Assembly: GCA_040755855.1 (NCBI GenBank)
Contig: JBFMAD010000001.1
Span: 1 to 64,000, forward strand
Direction: 5' to 3'
Source: Planctomycetota bacterium
GTDB taxonomy: Bacteria; Planctomycetota; Brocadiia; JAADGH01
Length of the DNA stretch: 64,000 bases
The notes beneath the pieces are model-generated. The model did not search any database. It had not been told where the DNA came from and saw only the letters and a list, made by a program, of their open reading frames with translations. Positions 48,009 through 57,497 of the stretch are shown here, in pieces; position 1 is the first letter of the stretch, and each line of letters starts with the position of its first letter. Both the position numbers and the translations under genes were made by a program.

Positions 48009-49460
48009 TCACGGCTTATCCAACCCAAACCGCATTGCCAACTCCGCCGGCGCAGCGATGGACTTCAGCGTCTCGACCATTAAATGTTGCATGCGGCGGA
48101 GCGCCTTCAGATCGGACGCCGCGATGTTCCTTTCCTGGTCCGGGTCGGACGGGAGATGGTACAACTGCGTCTCGTTTTTTCCGCCCGCCGTGTTCGCGTT
48201 CTTCGGACCGACCAGCCGCCGCGTCCCGTCGAACGGTCCCCAGTCGTCGGAACTCCACTTGCTCTTGATAAGTGAGTAGGAATAGAGCGGCGGGTTCGAT
48301 GGCGCCACTCCCTGGAAGAGGACGTACTCCTTGTCCGTGATATTGCACGTGCACCGGAACTCGCCGAAGAGGATCGCGTCCCGATTGTCCTTTGCGTCGG
48401 GGTCTTTCAGCCAGGGAATGATGCTCTGGCCGTGCAGATTGTCGGGAACCTCCGACCCCAGGCCCACGGCCTCCATGATCGTCGGGAAGAAGTCAATCGG
48501 CTGGACGAACTGCCTCGGTTTCGTCCCGTGACCGAGCTCCGGATGCCAGACGATCAGCGGGATGTGCGAGATCTCGTCCATCAGGACCCAGTTTTTCCCC
48601 GTGCGGCCATGGCTGCCGTTGTGTGTGCCGTGGTCGGTGGTCAGGATGATCATCGTTTTGTCCATGATCCCCATGGCCTCCACCTGGTCAATGAAGTGGC
48701 CGAACCACCGATCGAGCATCGTAATCTCACCGGCGTACTGAGCCTGCACCTGCTTCAGTTCGGCCTCCGTCAGGTTCCCCTTCACAGGGGCGTATGGGGC
48801 GCAGACGAATTCCCTTCCGTTGTAATGCGGGTCGCCGTAAAGGTTTATGTAGTGCCGCGGCGGGTCCCACGGCTCGTGTGGGTCGAAGGAGTCAATCATT
48901 AGGAAGAAGTCCTTGTGCGCGGCGTTGTGCTGAATCCAGCGCGTCGCCCGCGAGAAGACCTGCGGGCTGAACCAATCCCTCTCCTCCCTGCGAAAGTACT
49001 GACAATTGCGGAAGTGCGGCTCATCCGCCCGGTTGTGCGGGGGATAATCCAGCGCCCGGTGCTCGAACTGCACGTCGGCGTCGGTGATGTAGCCGTCGCG
49101 CTCCTGTCCGCGCACGAGGTCGAAGCCGGTAAAGTCGGCCCAGTAGTTCCCTGCATCGCGGCCCCAGTGGTGGTAAACGTCGGTGATGAAGTAGGACACC
49201 TTTCCCGCAGCGCGGACCTTCCCCGCCACGGTGACATCGGTCGGCTCCAGCCCGCCCCAGCCTCGCCAGGGGAACTCGTACCGCCCCGTGGCGATGTCGC
49301 GCCGGCAGGGCAGCGTCGGGTAGGACGCGCAATACGCATTTTCAAAAACCGCCGACCTCTCGGCGAAGCGATTGATGTTCGGGGTGTGAATCCACTCGTT
49401 GCCATAGGCGCCCGAGTGGTCGCGCCGCCACGTATCGCAGACGATCAGAATAACGTTCAC
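48009..49460 (-). CDS. Sulfatase-like alkaline phosphatase superfamily hydrolase (TxPxR variant)
   Basis: NVILIVCDTWRRD, SYPTLPCR, FDPHEPWDPP, TTDHG and LYHLPSDP; GAGGAG RBS before GTG 49460; no signal peptide. Confidence 0.85.
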   Translation of the reverse strand: MNVILIVCDTWRRDHSGAYGNEWIHTPNINRFAERSAVFENAYCASYPTLPCRRDIATGRYEFPWRGWGGLEPTDVTVAGKVRAAGKVSYFITDVYHHWGRDAGNYWADFTGFDLVRGQERDGYITDADVQFEHRALDYPPHNRADEPHFRNCQYFRREERDWFSPQVFSRATRWIQHNAAHKDFFLMIDSFDPHEPWDPPRHYINLYGDPHYNGREFVCAPYAPVKGNLTEAELKQVQAQYAGEITMLDRWFGHFIDQVEAMGIMDKTMIILTTDHGTHNGSHGRTGKNWVLMDEISHIPLIVWHPELGHGTKPRQFVQPIDFFPTIMEAVGLGSEVPDNLHGQSIIPWLKDPDAKDNRDAILFGEFRCTCNITDKEYVLFQGVAPSNPPLYSYSLIKSKWSSDDWGPFDGTRRLVGPKNANTAGGKNETQLYHLPSDPDQERNIAASDLKALRRMQHLMVETLKSIAAPAELAMRFGLDKP

Positions 49461-49655
49461 GATTCTTCTCCTCTTGATCCCAATTTCCGCATCCAAACGC
49501 CATGCCAGTTTGAGCAGCACTTATAATGCCGCCGAAGACCACATGTCAAGAGCGGGGATCACAGACGGTGTTGATGGATCGCTTTTCTGTTGACAGCTAT
49601 GGCCCCGCCGCATACCATTCCGGAAGGCATGTGTCTTCTGGCAGGAGTCCATCGA

Positions 49656-50981
49656 ATGAGAACAGTCACCGAGCCGAGCCGCGAGATACCCGTTTTCCGT
49701 GAGGTGGACGTCCTTGTCTGCGGCGGCGGGCCCGCCGGCGTGGGTGCGGCCATTGCTGCGGCGCGACATGGCGCAAAGACGTTGATCGTGGAATATCACA
49801 ACTGCCTCGGCGGCATGGCCACGAGCGGGATGATGAACCGCCTGGGCCCCTACCACGACCAGGAGAAGATCATACTCGGCGGCATCCCGTGGGAAGTGGT
49901 CGAGCGCCTCGCGGCGATGGGTGCGGCCCCCATGCCGGCGCCCTGCCCGCGTGATGAACCTGATCTATACTGGATCCCCTTCGACCCCGAGGCCCTGAAA
50001 TACATCCTCGACCAGATGGCTGAGGAGGCAGGGGCCGCGACGCTGTTTTATTCCCACGCCGTTGCCGTCTTCGGCGAACCCGGCCGACCGCAGGGCGTGA
50101 TCGTCGAAAGCAAGTCGGGCCGCCAAGCTATCCCTGCGAAGATTATCATTGACGCCACCGGAGATGGCGATGTTGCCGCGGCCGCCGGCGCGGACTTCGA
50201 GAAGGGGCGACCGGGCGACGGCCTGATGCAGCCCATGACGCTCCTCTTCAAGATGGCGAATCTCGATCGGAACAAGACAAAGGATTACCTGGTCAACAAC
50301 CGGAAGCGCATCTTCGAGGAGGCCAAGGCGAGAGGCGAGAATCTGCCGCCCTACATCGGCCCCGGCACGGACTGCCTGCTGCGCGCCGACGAGACCTTCT
50401 TCAACACCGATCAGGTCTTCGGCCACGACGGCGCGAACGCGAAAGATCTGAGTGAGGCCATGATCGCCGCGCGGCGCTTCATCTGGCAAAGCATGGAATA
50501 CGCAAAAACGAATATTTCCGGATACGAGAATGCCTATCTCTCAGCCACGGCGGCCCAGCTCGGTGTACGCGAGAGTCGCCGGGTTGTAGGCGAATACATA
50601 CTCACGGCCGAGGATGTCCTAAGCGCACGGAAATTCGACGACGCCATCGCCCGCTACGCCTGCTGGATTGACATCCACACAATCGCCCCCTCCCAGAAGC
50701 CAGGGCCGTACTCCGGCAAAGGGCCGGAGCCGGGAACGTCGTACGACATTCCTTACCGATGCCTCGTTCCCAAGGGCTTGGACAACCTCCTCGTCGCCGG
50801 CCGATGCTTCTCCGCCACCCACGAAGCCTTCGCCTCCGCCCGCATGATCCCCTGCTGCATGGCCATGGGCCAGGCGGCCGGCGCGGCGGCGGCGCTCTCG
50901 GCCGCGCAGGGCGTCCAACCGCGGTTCCTGGATATCAATATGCTCCAGGACACGCTGCGACAGGATAATGCCAAGGTATAG
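49656..50981 (+). CDS. FAD-dependent oxidoreductase (PF12831-like)
   Basis: GGGPAG, LGGMATSG, IDATGDGDVA, GVRESRR, IPYRCLVP and GQAAG. Confidence 0.9.
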   Translation: MRTVTEPSREIPVFREVDVLVCGGGPAGVGAAIAAARHGAKTLIVEYHNCLGGMATSGMMNRLGPYHDQEKIILGGIPWEVVERLAAMGAAPMPAPCPRDEPDLYWIPFDPEALKYILDQMAEEAGAATLFYSHAVAVFGEPGRPQGVIVESKSGRQAIPAKIIIDATGDGDVAAAAGADFEKGRPGDGLMQPMTLLFKMANLDRNKTKDYLVNNRKRIFEEAKARGENLPPYIGPGTDCLLRADETFFNTDQVFGHDGANAKDLSEAMIAARRFIWQSMEYAKTNISGYENAYLSATAAQLGVRESRRVVGEYILTAEDVLSARKFDDAIARYACWIDIHTIAPSQKPGPYSGKGPEPGTSYDIPYRCLVPKGLDNLLVAGRCFSATHEAFASARMIPCCMAMGQAAGAAAALSAAQGVQPRFLDINMLQDTLRQDNAKV

Positions 50982-51183
50982 GCGGGTTGACCGGGGCGGC
51001 CCTAACGATCCTTGCGTCGCCCCCCCAAGTCTTGCTTCACTTTTCCACTCACTTGTGCTACATTTCGGATATGGAACTCGATGACGTGGGACATTCTCCC
51101 GCTCTTGGCGGCGGATGTCTGCGGGCATAATGCCGACAGGCGACCACCTGCACGATGATTGAATATGCTTGGAGAGAGAAACG

Positions 51184-52764
51184 ATGAGCAACCAGACCAG
51201 GATGGATTCTGCGGAGGAGGCCCCTGTCCCCTCAGGCGCGGTCGAAGCGGCGCGGCGGGTATTTCTCGTCGGCGGCGTGCTGGGCGCATTGTGGACCGGC
51301 TTTATCTACACGCCGGTCCTCTATTGTGTGAGGGAGCAGGACTTTGAGAAGGACAAGGCGAGAAAGAGCAGCCGCCCCTTCGGCGAGTACTATGCGGAGA
51401 AGTCCCTGGACGCCTTCATTGCCGATGAAACCAAGGACCGGCTCATCCGCGTCGAAGGCGAGAAGTGGAAGAAATTCTTCGACAGCGTCGAAACCGCCAA
51501 CGCCGGGGGCGGTGGGCCGGAATGGGACAAGCGCTTCGGGTCGAGTTACGCGGAGAACAACCTCTACTTCCGGCCCGACGAGAAGCCGCTCGACGAGCTG
51601 TCGAACAAGCTATCCGAGGAGGATGTTTTCTTCTACCTCCTTCTGCAAGACAGCGACAGGACGAGGTATCTGAGCGTCGCCTATGTCCACTCCACGGACC
51701 TGCACATTGCGCCCTGGGCGGTGTCGAGGCCGCTGCGCGCCTGGAGCCCGGCCTTTCTTCTCGTGGGGCTTCTGGCCTATATATTTCTTCCCTGGCCCAG
51801 ACATCCGGCAAGCGCCATTCGCTACAGCCTGATTCGCGGCGGCATCCTGCCCGACATCGTCGGCGTCGGCGTGGCGGGCGTATTCTTTGCGCTGCCCATT
51901 CTCGTCCTGTCGGGGGGCGGCGGGCCGCGTATCGGAGGCGCGCCGCTCGACTTCTCGACAGGTGCGGCTTATTTCACGCTCGTCTTCTGGGCGATGGGAC
52001 TCTTTGCGATTGCGATCATCGCGGTCGCGGCCTCGTATTGCTCGTATCAGGTCGTGGTCCTTTCGGACGGGCTCCGCGCCTCCTCTCTGTCCGGCGTTCG
52101 GGAGGTCCGCTTCTCCGATATCGAAAGGGTGGAATTGATCGAATACAGACTTCCGCGCTGGATGCTCTACGTGGCCCTTCTGGCGAGAAATCCCTCCCTT
52201 GCCGGGCTGACGATGGACGTGCAGAGCGGCATCAGCATCCGGCTCAAGAACGGCGAGATGTGGCGTCTCTGGCTCAGGGGGCTGATTGGCGAGGAGCGGC
52301 TCCTTCCCGCGTTGCGGGCGGGAGGCGTAACAATCGCCCCTGAATTGGAGGAACTGGTGGGGCAGGATGCCGGCGAGGCGTCGGGCGAGGACGCATCGCC
52401 TTCGCCAAGGCGATGGCTGATCCAGGCGATCTTCGGCGCGCTGACTGTCGTGTTTTGCGTGTGGCTGTATTCCTGGCTCGGCGAGCCCCCGCCGGTTCAC
52501 AGGCCGCCGATCGAAACGGCCCTGCCGTCGGCCGTGATCCTGCGCGAGCAGAGCAGACTGATGGGTGAAATGGACAAGGTGCAGAAGGCCCTTGCATCGG
52601 TCGTGCAGCGCATGCAGAAGGCCCGCCCGGAGGAGTCCGACGGGCTGATGCGCGAGGCGGAGGATCTGAAGAAAAAATTCGACGAACTCCACGAAGAGTT
52701 CCAGGCGCTCTCCAAACCCAAGGCGGCGCCGAAACCGGAAGACCGTGGGCATAATCCGGGCTGA
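51184..52764 (+). CDS. Multi-pass membrane protein with a PH-like segment and C-terminal coiled coil
   Basis: About 5-6 hydrophobic segments; VLSDGLR..SLSGVREVRFSDIERV; C-terminal heptads. Confidence 0.65.
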   Translation: MSNQTRMDSAEEAPVPSGAVEAARRVFLVGGVLGALWTGFIYTPVLYCVREQDFEKDKARKSSRPFGEYYAEKSLDAFIADETKDRLIRVEGEKWKKFFDSVETANAGGGGPEWDKRFGSSYAENNLYFRPDEKPLDELSNKLSEEDVFFYLLLQDSDRTRYLSVAYVHSTDLHIAPWAVSRPLRAWSPAFLLVGLLAYIFLPWPRHPASAIRYSLIRGGILPDIVGVGVAGVFFALPILVLSGGGGPRIGGAPLDFSTGAAYFTLVFWAMGLFAIAIIAVAASYCSYQVVVLSDGLRASSLSGVREVRFSDIERVELIEYRLPRWMLYVALLARNPSLAGLTMDVQSGISIRLKNGEMWRLWLRGLIGEERLLPALRAGGVTIAPELEELVGQDAGEASGEDASPSPRRWLIQAIFGALTVVFCVWLYSWLGEPPPVHRPPIETALPSAVILREQSRLMGEMDKVQKALASVVQRMQKARPEESDGLMREAEDLKKKFDELHEEFQALSKPKAAPKPEDRGHNPG

Positions 52765-52780
52765 TGCACGGAACATCATC

Positions 52781-52809
52781 TTCACTTGCTGCGCCCGTTG
52801 TGGTAAACT
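52781..52809 (+). promoter_or_regulatory. Extended -10 promoter; probable leaderless rlmN transcript
   Basis: TTCACT-17 bp-TAAACT with a TG extension; ATG 6 nt downstream and no SD. Confidence 0.55.
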
Positions 52810-52815
52810 GATGTC

Positions 52816-53856
52816 ATGGTTCCCGAACCCGCAGAACAATCCCTGGCTTTGGTTCTTCCGGACCCGGCGGAGGTGCGGCGCGTAATCGAAAAGATCGGCG
52901 CGCCGAAGTACCGGGCCAGACAGGTCCTCTGCTGGATCTACAGCCGCCGCGCCCAGGGCTTTGAGGAAATGACCGATCTGCCGGCGGACCTCCGCAAAGC
53001 GCTCGCCGAGCGCATCTCGGTCCAACCGCTTAAGATCATCAAGATGCAGACGTCGCAGATTGACGACACGACCAAGTTCCTTTTCGAGCTGCTCGACGGC
53101 AACCGGATCGAGAGCGTCTTCCTCCGCGACGGCCGGCGCAAGACAGCCTGCATCTCCACGCAGGTCGGCTGTCCCCTTGCGTGCCAGTTCTGCGCCACGG
53201 GCAAGGGCGGGTTTGTCCGCGACCTGTCGCCCGCGGAGATCGTGCACCAGGTCCTCGCCATGGAACGGGCGCGGGAGCGGGTGACGAGCATCGTCTTCAT
53301 GGGCATGGGCGAGGCGCTCCTGAACACCGACGCGGTCATCGGGGCCATCGAGATCCTCACATCGAAGGACGGCCTTGGCATCTCGTCGAAGCGCATTACC
53401 GTCTCGACGAGCGGCGTTATCCCGGGCATCAAGCGCCTCGCGGAAAGCCCGGTGAAGGTGAACCTGGCCTGGTCGCTGAACTCGCCCTTCAACGGCGAGC
53501 GATCCAAACTGATGCCCGTGAACAAACGCTATCCCATCGAGCCGGTGATGCAGGCGCTCAAGGACTACGCCGCTGTCTCGGGCCGGGAGGTGTCCGTCGA
53601 ATATGTGGTCCTCGAGGGGGTGAACATGTCGCGCGACCACGCCGAGGCCCTGGCGGAGATCGCCAAAGAGATCGGCGCGAAGGTGAACCTGATCTCCTAT
53701 AACCAGATCGAGGACGAACGGTTCGCGACGCCCCCTCCCGAGGATGTGGTCCGATTTCGCCATCACGTGAAATCGGCGGGCGTCTTCGTCACGATCCGTT
53801 TCCGCCGCGGGCGGGACATTGCCGCCGCCTGCGGGCAGCTCAGAGCGAGGGATTGA
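52816..53856 (+). CDS. rlmN: 23S rRNA m2A2503/tRNA methyltransferase RlmN
   Basis: CISTQVGCPLACQFCATG, MGMGE, ITVSTSG, EY and RGRDIAAACGQL. Confidence 0.9.
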   Translation: MVPEPAEQSLALVLPDPAEVRRVIEKIGAPKYRARQVLCWIYSRRAQGFEEMTDLPADLRKALAERISVQPLKIIKMQTSQIDDTTKFLFELLDGNRIESVFLRDGRRKTACISTQVGCPLACQFCATGKGGFVRDLSPAEIVHQVLAMERARERVTSIVFMGMGEALLNTDAVIGAIEILTSKDGLGISSKRITVSTSGVIPGIKRLAESPVKVNLAWSLNSPFNGERSKLMPVNKRYPIEPVMQALKDYAAVSGREVSVEYVVLEGVNMSRDHAEALAEIAKEIGAKVNLISYNQIEDERFATPPPEDVVRFRHHVKSAGVFVTIRFRRGRDIAAACGQLRARD

Positions 53857-54504
53857 ATGGCGTCGAAGCTGAAACTCGTGGCCTTCGACATCGAAGGGAC
53901 CCTGACCGTTGATCCAACAATTTGGGAGATCATGCACCGCAAGCTGGGCACGTGGGAGAGCCACGGCTGCCCCTATTGGGAGCGCTTCCGGCGCGGCGAG
54001 TTCGACTATGACACCTTTGCGAGAATGGACGTGGGCGTCTGGAGGGGCGCGCCGTATGAGTTGCTCCGCAAATCGGCCCAGGAGGTGGGATACGTCCCCG
54101 GCTGCGGCGAGGTCATGCGGGAGCTGCACGGGCGCGGGGTTATGGTCTGCGCCATCTCGTGCGGGCTGGACGTCCTGTCGCAGCGGATGAGCGATGAGTT
54201 CGGCATCGAGCACCACTTCGCCAACACGGCCGTACACGACAACGGGACGCTGTCCGGCGAGCTGCGGATCAACGTGCCCTTCGGAGAGAAGGGGCGGGTC
54301 CTTCGCGAGTTCCTCGAGAGAATGAACATCCGCCCGGAGCATGTGGCGGCGGTGGGCGATCACTATATTGACATCCCGATGTTCGAGCTGTCGGGGTTTT
54401 CCATCGCATTCAACTCAAACGAGCCCGAGACGAATCAGGCCGCGACGCGCCGCGTGACGGCGGATAGCCTGACGGCGATCCTCAAGCATCTGCCGCTTTC
54501 GTGA
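53857..54504 (+). CDS. HAD-IB phosphatase (phosphoserine phosphatase-like)
   Basis: FDIEGTL, ISCG, K and VGDHYIDIPM motifs. Confidence 0.8.
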   Translation: MASKLKLVAFDIEGTLTVDPTIWEIMHRKLGTWESHGCPYWERFRRGEFDYDTFARMDVGVWRGAPYELLRKSAQEVGYVPGCGEVMRELHGRGVMVCAISCGLDVLSQRMSDEFGIEHHFANTAVHDNGTLSGELRINVPFGEKGRVLREFLERMNIRPEHVAAVGDHYIDIPMFELSGFSIAFNSNEPETNQAATRRVTADSLTAILKHLPLS

Positions 54505-54538
54505 GAATCGGAGGTTTTGATCAGGGAAGGGTAAGCCC

Positions 54539-56056
54539 ATGCCGATCCAGACGATGTGTCCGCAGTGCAGTCAGCCGTACAATCTGAAGGACGACCTTGC
54601 CGGCAAGACGGTGAAGTGCAAGAAGTGCGGCCGGACGTTCACCATACCGAAGGCCGGCCCCCCCTCTGCCACGCCTCCCGCCCAGCCACAGCCGGCGCCC
54701 CCACCGACGGGCGCGGAAATCCAGTTCACTTGTCCGCAATGCGGCGGCAAGGTGAGCATCACACCGGATATCCAAGGGCAAGCGGTCACCTGCCCCTACT
54801 GCAACAAGATAGTTACCGCCCCAGGCGAGGAGACGCCTGAGGCGATAGCGGCAGCGCTCGCGCGCGAGGCGGCGGCCCACCCACCCGCGCCGCCCATGCC
54901 GCCAACGCCCCCTCCCGCCGAGGCGCCGCCCCCGGCGCAGCAGCCCGCCCCGCCGCCTGTGCGGCCTGCGCCTGTCGCCGGCCAGCAACCGCCCGCGCCC
55001 CCGCAGCCGGAGGCGCAGGCCGAGGAGGCCAAGGGCGGTGGATTCTTCAAGAAGGCGCTCATCACCCTCGCGGCGCTTTTAGTCGTCATCGGGATCGGCC
55101 TGGGCGGCATGTTCGGCTATCGGCATCTCCACGAGATGAACCCCGCCACGCACCTGCAGCGCGCGAAGGAGGCCATGAACGCCTCGAACTTCGACGCGGC
55201 AAAAAGGGAATTTGAAAAGGCGATTGAGCTGAAAAAGGATGGCCCGTATATCGAGGCGGAAGTCGGACTGGCGGAAATGTTCGAAAAAACCAACCAGCCG
55301 GAGGAGGCCATCAAGGCATACAAGAAACTCATCGAGCTGGACAAGGGCAATACCGCCCACTACCAAACACTCGGAAAAATCTACGAGAATCAGGGCAAAC
55401 GCAAGGAGGCCATCGAAATCTATGAAGGGGCCGTAGTCATCCGGAAGGATGATCCGGCCGGCTACCGCAGCCTGGCGGAGGTGTGCATCAAATGGGCGGA
55501 CGAGTGCAAGGACCCGAAGGAGGCCGCCTTCTTCATTGACAAGGCCATCGTGATGTGCAACGAGATTCTACGGCTGGAGCCGAAGGACGATGCGACGGTC
55601 GTCGCCTCCGGCTTTCTGCTCATGAAGAAAGGCGATGCGCCAAAGGCCGAGGTCCGCTTCAAGGAGGCGCTCAAGATCAACAAGGACAACGCCAGGGCGC
55701 ACCACGGTCTCGGCCAACTCTATAAGAACCGGGCCTTCTATGAACCCGCGTTTCAAGAGATGCAGGAGGCCCTTCGTCTCGACCGCAGCCTCATGGATGC
55801 GCGTCTGGACATCGCCGAAATCTATGTCACGCTGGGAAAAGGGAACGAAGCCGTCGCGTGGTGCAAGAACGTCGCCGACATGCTGCCCAAGAGCTCCAAG
55901 GCCCACCAATACCTGGGGAACGTGTATTTCAACAACAACATGCTCGACGAGGCCGCCACCGCGCTGAAGAAGGCCTGCGACCTCGACCCCGGCAATGCGG
56001 AGGCGCAAACCCTGTTCACCCAGGTCCAGCAGCGTGGAGGCAAGCCGAAAAAGTAG
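54539..56056 (+). CDS. Double zinc-ribbon, Pro-rich, single-TM, TPR-repeat protein
   Basis: CPQC..CKKC and CPQC..CPYC; Pro-rich linker; TM; multiple TPRs (A...LG..Y). Confidence 0.8.
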   Translation: MPIQTMCPQCSQPYNLKDDLAGKTVKCKKCGRTFTIPKAGPPSATPPAQPQPAPPPTGAEIQFTCPQCGGKVSITPDIQGQAVTCPYCNKIVTAPGEETPEAIAAALAREAAAHPPAPPMPPTPPPAEAPPPAQQPAPPPVRPAPVAGQQPPAPPQPEAQAEEAKGGGFFKKALITLAALLVVIGIGLGGMFGYRHLHEMNPATHLQRAKEAMNASNFDAAKREFEKAIELKKDGPYIEAEVGLAEMFEKTNQPEEAIKAYKKLIELDKGNTAHYQTLGKIYENQGKRKEAIEIYEGAVVIRKDDPAGYRSLAEVCIKWADECKDPKEAAFFIDKAIVMCNEILRLEPKDDATVVASGFLLMKKGDAPKAEVRFKEALKINKDNARAHHGLGQLYKNRAFYEPAFQEMQEALRLDRSLMDARLDIAEIYVTLGKGNEAVAWCKNVADMLPKSSKAHQYLGNVYFNNNMLDEAATALKKACDLDPGNAEAQTLFTQVQQRGGKPKK

Positions 56057-56086
56057 GCGGACATCACAGCCTCGACCTAAAAACTG

Positions 56087-56115
56087 TTGACAATAAGAGG
56101 GCGCAACGCTAACAT
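56087..56115 (+). promoter_or_regulatory. Sigma70 promoter for gltX
   Basis: TTGACA-17 bp-TAACAT. Confidence 0.6.
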
Positions 56116-56165
56116 GATGGTCTTATGGTCCGACCATCGGGCCTTACCCATAGTGAGGATGCTTC

Positions 56166-57488
56166 ATGTCGCAACAGACCGTGCGAGTTCGCTTTGCGCC
56201 AAGCCCGACGGGATTTCTCCATATCGGCAACGCGCGGACCGCCCTCTACAACTGGCTCTTCGCCCGGCACGAGCGGGGCGTGTTCATCCTCCGCATCGAG
56301 GACACCGACCGCGTCCGCTCCACCCAGGAGGCGATCGCGAAGATCTTCGACGCCATGAAATGGCTCGGCCTCGACTGGGACGAGGGACCGTACTTCCAGA
56401 GCGAGCGCCTCGACCTCTACCGCGAGTGGGCCAAGAAGCTCCTCGACGCCGGCAAGGCATACGAGTCCACCGACGCGGAGAAGGGCACGGCCATCAAGTT
56501 CCGCATGGAGCACGCCGCTGCGGGATTCGACGACCTGCTGCACGGACGGATCAACTTCGATGCGTCGCTCATCGAGGATTTTGTCCTCCTGAAATCCGAC
56601 GGATTCCCGACCTACAACTTCGCGTGCGTCGTGGACGACTGCCTGATGAAGATCACGCACGTGATCCGGGGCGACGATCATATATCCAACACGCCCAAGC
56701 AGTTAGCGTTGTTCGCGGCCTTCGGCGCCGAGCCGCCGAAGTACGTCCACCTGCCCATGATCCACAAGGAGGGCGGCGGCAAGGAGAGCAAGCGCGAGGG
56801 CGCGCAGTTCGTCGGGACCTACCGCGAGGCGGGATTTTTGTCGGATGCGCTTGTTAACTTCCTGGCGCTCCTGGGGTGGTATCCCGGCGAGGACAAGGAG
56901 GTCATCTCGCGTCAGGAGATGATCGCCCGGTTCACGCTCGAGGGCCTGAGCAAGACGCCATCGCAGTTCAACCTGGCCAAACTGGAGTGGATGAACGGCG
57001 CATACATCCGGGCCATGTCGCCGGCGGAACTTGCGGCGCAGCTCGACCCGTTCCTGCAGGGAGCGGGCATTGTGATTGACGAGTCGAGGCGTGAGTGGTT
57101 CGTGCAACTTGTCGCGCTCTACCAGGAGCGCCTCAAGAACCTGAGCGAGTTCGCGGAGAAGACGCGCTTCTTCTTCAGCGACGATTTTGAGTACGAACCG
57201 GACGCGGTCGAGAAGGTCCTGAAGAAGGACTCGGCGGCAGCCGTCCTGAGGGAGTCCCGCGCGGCCGTGGCTGCGTTGAACGATCTCTCGATCGAGGCGT
57301 TGGAGGGCAGTCTGCGCGGCGTGGCGGAGAGGCTCGGCGTGGGCTTCAAGAAGGTCGCCCAGCCGCTCCGTGTGGCCGTGACCGGCGGGACGGCGAGCGC
57401 CGGGCTGTTCGAGACGATGGCCCTGCTGGGCAAGGAAACGGTCCTCCGGCGCGTGGATAGAGTTATTGAGAAGCTGAACTCTCTGTAG
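56166..57488 (+). CDS. gltX: Glutamate-tRNA ligase
   Basis: RFAPSPTGFLHIGNART, RIEDTD, PTYNFA, IRGDDHISNTPKQ, KESKR and anticodon domain PLRVAVTG. Confidence 0.95.
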   Translation: MSQQTVRVRFAPSPTGFLHIGNARTALYNWLFARHERGVFILRIEDTDRVRSTQEAIAKIFDAMKWLGLDWDEGPYFQSERLDLYREWAKKLLDAGKAYESTDAEKGTAIKFRMEHAAAGFDDLLHGRINFDASLIEDFVLLKSDGFPTYNFACVVDDCLMKITHVIRGDDHISNTPKQLALFAAFGAEPPKYVHLPMIHKEGGGKESKREGAQFVGTYREAGFLSDALVNFLALLGWYPGEDKEVISRQEMIARFTLEGLSKTPSQFNLAKLEWMNGAYIRAMSPAELAAQLDPFLQGAGIVIDESRREWFVQLVALYQERLKNLSEFAEKTRFFFSDDFEYEPDAVEKVLKKDSAAAVLRESRAAVAALNDLSIEALEGSLRGVAERLGVGFKKVAQPLRVAVTGGTASAGLFETMALLGKETVLRRVDRVIEKLNSL

Positions 57489-57497
57489 AGGGATCGC

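Noticed and set aside
7007..49590. Longest-ORF starts at 7007, 12767, 20095, 23646, 24794, 28737, 32368, 49520 and 49590
   Set aside because: They run through promoters or repeats. Downstream starts have better RBS, signal peptide or domain boundaries.
56057..56165. tRNA gene beside gltX
   Set aside because: No cloverleaf or T-loop motif; the space is taken by the promoter and a short leader.
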